From NCBI GenBank assembly GCA_965224245.1, contig OZ245046.1, positions 1,824,001 to 1,888,000 on the forward strand: DNA of 64,000 bases. The letters run 5' to 3'. The position numbers were made by a program, and so were the translations under genes. This DNA comes from Candidatus Eiseniibacteriota bacterium (GTDB lineage Bacteria > Eisenbacteria > RBG-16-71-46 > CAZAMP01). Each line of letters starts with the position of its first letter. Positions within the stretch are counted from its first letter, which is position 1. Under the pieces are notes generated by a model that saw only the letters and a program-made list of their open reading frames with translations, was not told the DNA's origin and did not search any database. Of the stretch, positions 62,873-64,000 are shown piece by piece.

Positions 62873-63897
62873 GCGAGGAGCCCCATCGCGTCGGCGATCT
62901 GAATCGCGTTGGTCGCCGCGCCCTTTCGGAGATTGTCACCCACGACCCAGAACGCCAGCCCGTTGGGCAGGCCCGGGTCGCGTCGCACCCGGCCCACGAG
63001 TACCTCGTCGCGGCCGTCCGCGTCGTGCGGCGTCGGCCAGTCGTCGATCTCCCCCCGGACACCGAGCCCGACGCCCGGGCTGGCCTCCCAGAGCGCGATC
63101 GCCTCCGTCGGACCCAGCGGCGCCCGCAGCTCGACGTGCGCCGCCACCGCGTGCGAGTTGAACGACGCCACGCGCACGCACGTGAACGACGTCGCGAGGT
63201 CGGTCGTCCCGAGGATTCGCATCGTCTCCTCGGTCATCTTCCACTCCTCGCGCGAGCGGCCGTCCTCGCGCATGCCGCCCACCTGGGGGAGGCAATTGAA
63301 CGCGAGCGGTCGCGGAAACACCTCCGCCGGCGCCGGTCGACCATCGAGGACCGCCCGCGCCCCGAGATCCAGCTCCCGCGTGGCCGGTGCTCCGGCCCCC
63401 GATGCGGCCTGGAAGGTCACCCCGATCACCCGCCGCACGCCGGCGGCCCGATGGAGCGGGGCCAGCGCCATTACGAGCACGATCGTCGAGCAGTTCGGGT
63501 TCGCCACCAGCCGGCGCGACTCCGCCAGCACGTGTCCGTTCACCTCGGGGACCACCAGCGGTACGTCGGGATCGAGGCGGTACGTGGCCGAGTTGTCGAT
63601 CACGACCGACCCGGCCGAGAGCGCTCGTGGCACCCACTCGGCGGCCAGCTCGTCGCCCAGCGCGAAGAGACACACGTCCAGACCATCGAACGCGCGCTCG
63701 TCGAGCGGCACGACCTCGAGCCTCCCATCCCCATAGGCGATCGGTCGGCCGCTCGAGCGCTCGGACGCCACGACGCGAACCCGCTCGGGAGCCACGCCGC
63801 GCTCCGCGAGCGCCGTGAGCATCGTGGTGCCGACCGCCCCGGTCGCGCCGATGACGCCCACGCGGGTCCGTCCCGTCGAGTCGAGTGCGTGCGTCAT
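62869..63897 (-). CDS. asd: Aspartate-semialdehyde dehydrogenase
   Basis: GATGAVG, IDNS, VPLVVPEVN, ANPNCST, QAASGAG, DNLRKGAATNA. Confidence 0.96.
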   Translation of the reverse strand: MTHALDSTGRTRVGVIGATGAVGTTMLTALAERGVAPERVRVVASERSSGRPIAYGDGRLEVVPLDERAFDGLDVCLFALGDELAAEWVPRALSAGSVVIDNSATYRLDPDVPLVVPEVNGHVLAESRRLVANPNCSTIVLVMALAPLHRAAGVRRVIGVTFQAASGAGAPATRELDLGARAVLDGRPAPAEVFPRPLAFNCLPQVGGMREDGRSREEWKMTEETMRILGTTDLATSFTCVRVASFNSHAVAAHVELRAPLGPTEAIALWEASPGVGLGVRGEIDDWPTPHDADGRDEVLVGRVRRDPGLPNGLAFWVVGDNLRKGAATNAIQIADAMGLLA

Positions 63898-64000
63898 CCG
63901 AGTCGTCCTCCCGGTCCGCGCCGCCAGGCGGCGGTCGTGATCAGGATCAGGCCCAGCGGGATCACGATCCAGTCACCGAAGCGGACGTACGGTGTCAATC
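63894..64000 (-). CDS. lnt: C-terminus of probable apolipoprotein N-acyltransferase (partial)
   Basis: Minus frame reads LTPYVRFGDW + TM helix + stop; ATGA overlap with asd. Confidence 0.7.
   Translation of the reverse strand, partial: LTPYVRFGDWIVIPLGLILITTAAWRRGPGGRLG

Overview
High-GC bacterial chromosome segment from a diderm, lipid A-making organism. Several traits suggest (inference only) an FCB-related candidate lineage such as Ca. Eisenbacteria, Krumholzibacteriota or Latescibacterota: an FlgD/T9SS-like C-terminal domain, an SWxxLKxL C-terminal motif, fused LpxC-FabZ and mcsA-mcsB-clpC beside bamA. Bases 1-15.5 kb are accessory-type: modABC, a DUF3313 lipoprotein, a small ion channel, a pentaheme cytochrome c, a large secreted BNR-repeat protein, DsrE, an NTF2-like protein, a YbjT-like oxidoreductase, a two-gene deletion scar, an M50-CBS protease, two Hsp20 genes, and an orphan secreted protein facing a TPR/wHTH protein. 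Bases 15.6-64 kb are mostly minus-strand housekeeping genes. In transcription order: lnt end, asd, ecfT, truA, fsa, htrA, purB-L-Q-S, lolC/E-lolD, mcsA-mcsB-clpC, bamA, skp, lpxD, lpxC-fabZ, lpxA, gnnA-like, lpxB, lpxJ-like, waaA, lpxK, nadB, GT9, mutL, miaA, tRNA-Gly, der, plsY, gpsA, merR, tRNA-Pro, surE, pcm, tRNA-Pro, acyP, apt. An ECF sigma factor and Ser/Thr kinase pair sits on the opposite strand between bamA and skp. I found no CRISPR array, integrase or transposase. No new system can be demonstrated from the sequence alone; the best leads are listed as findings.
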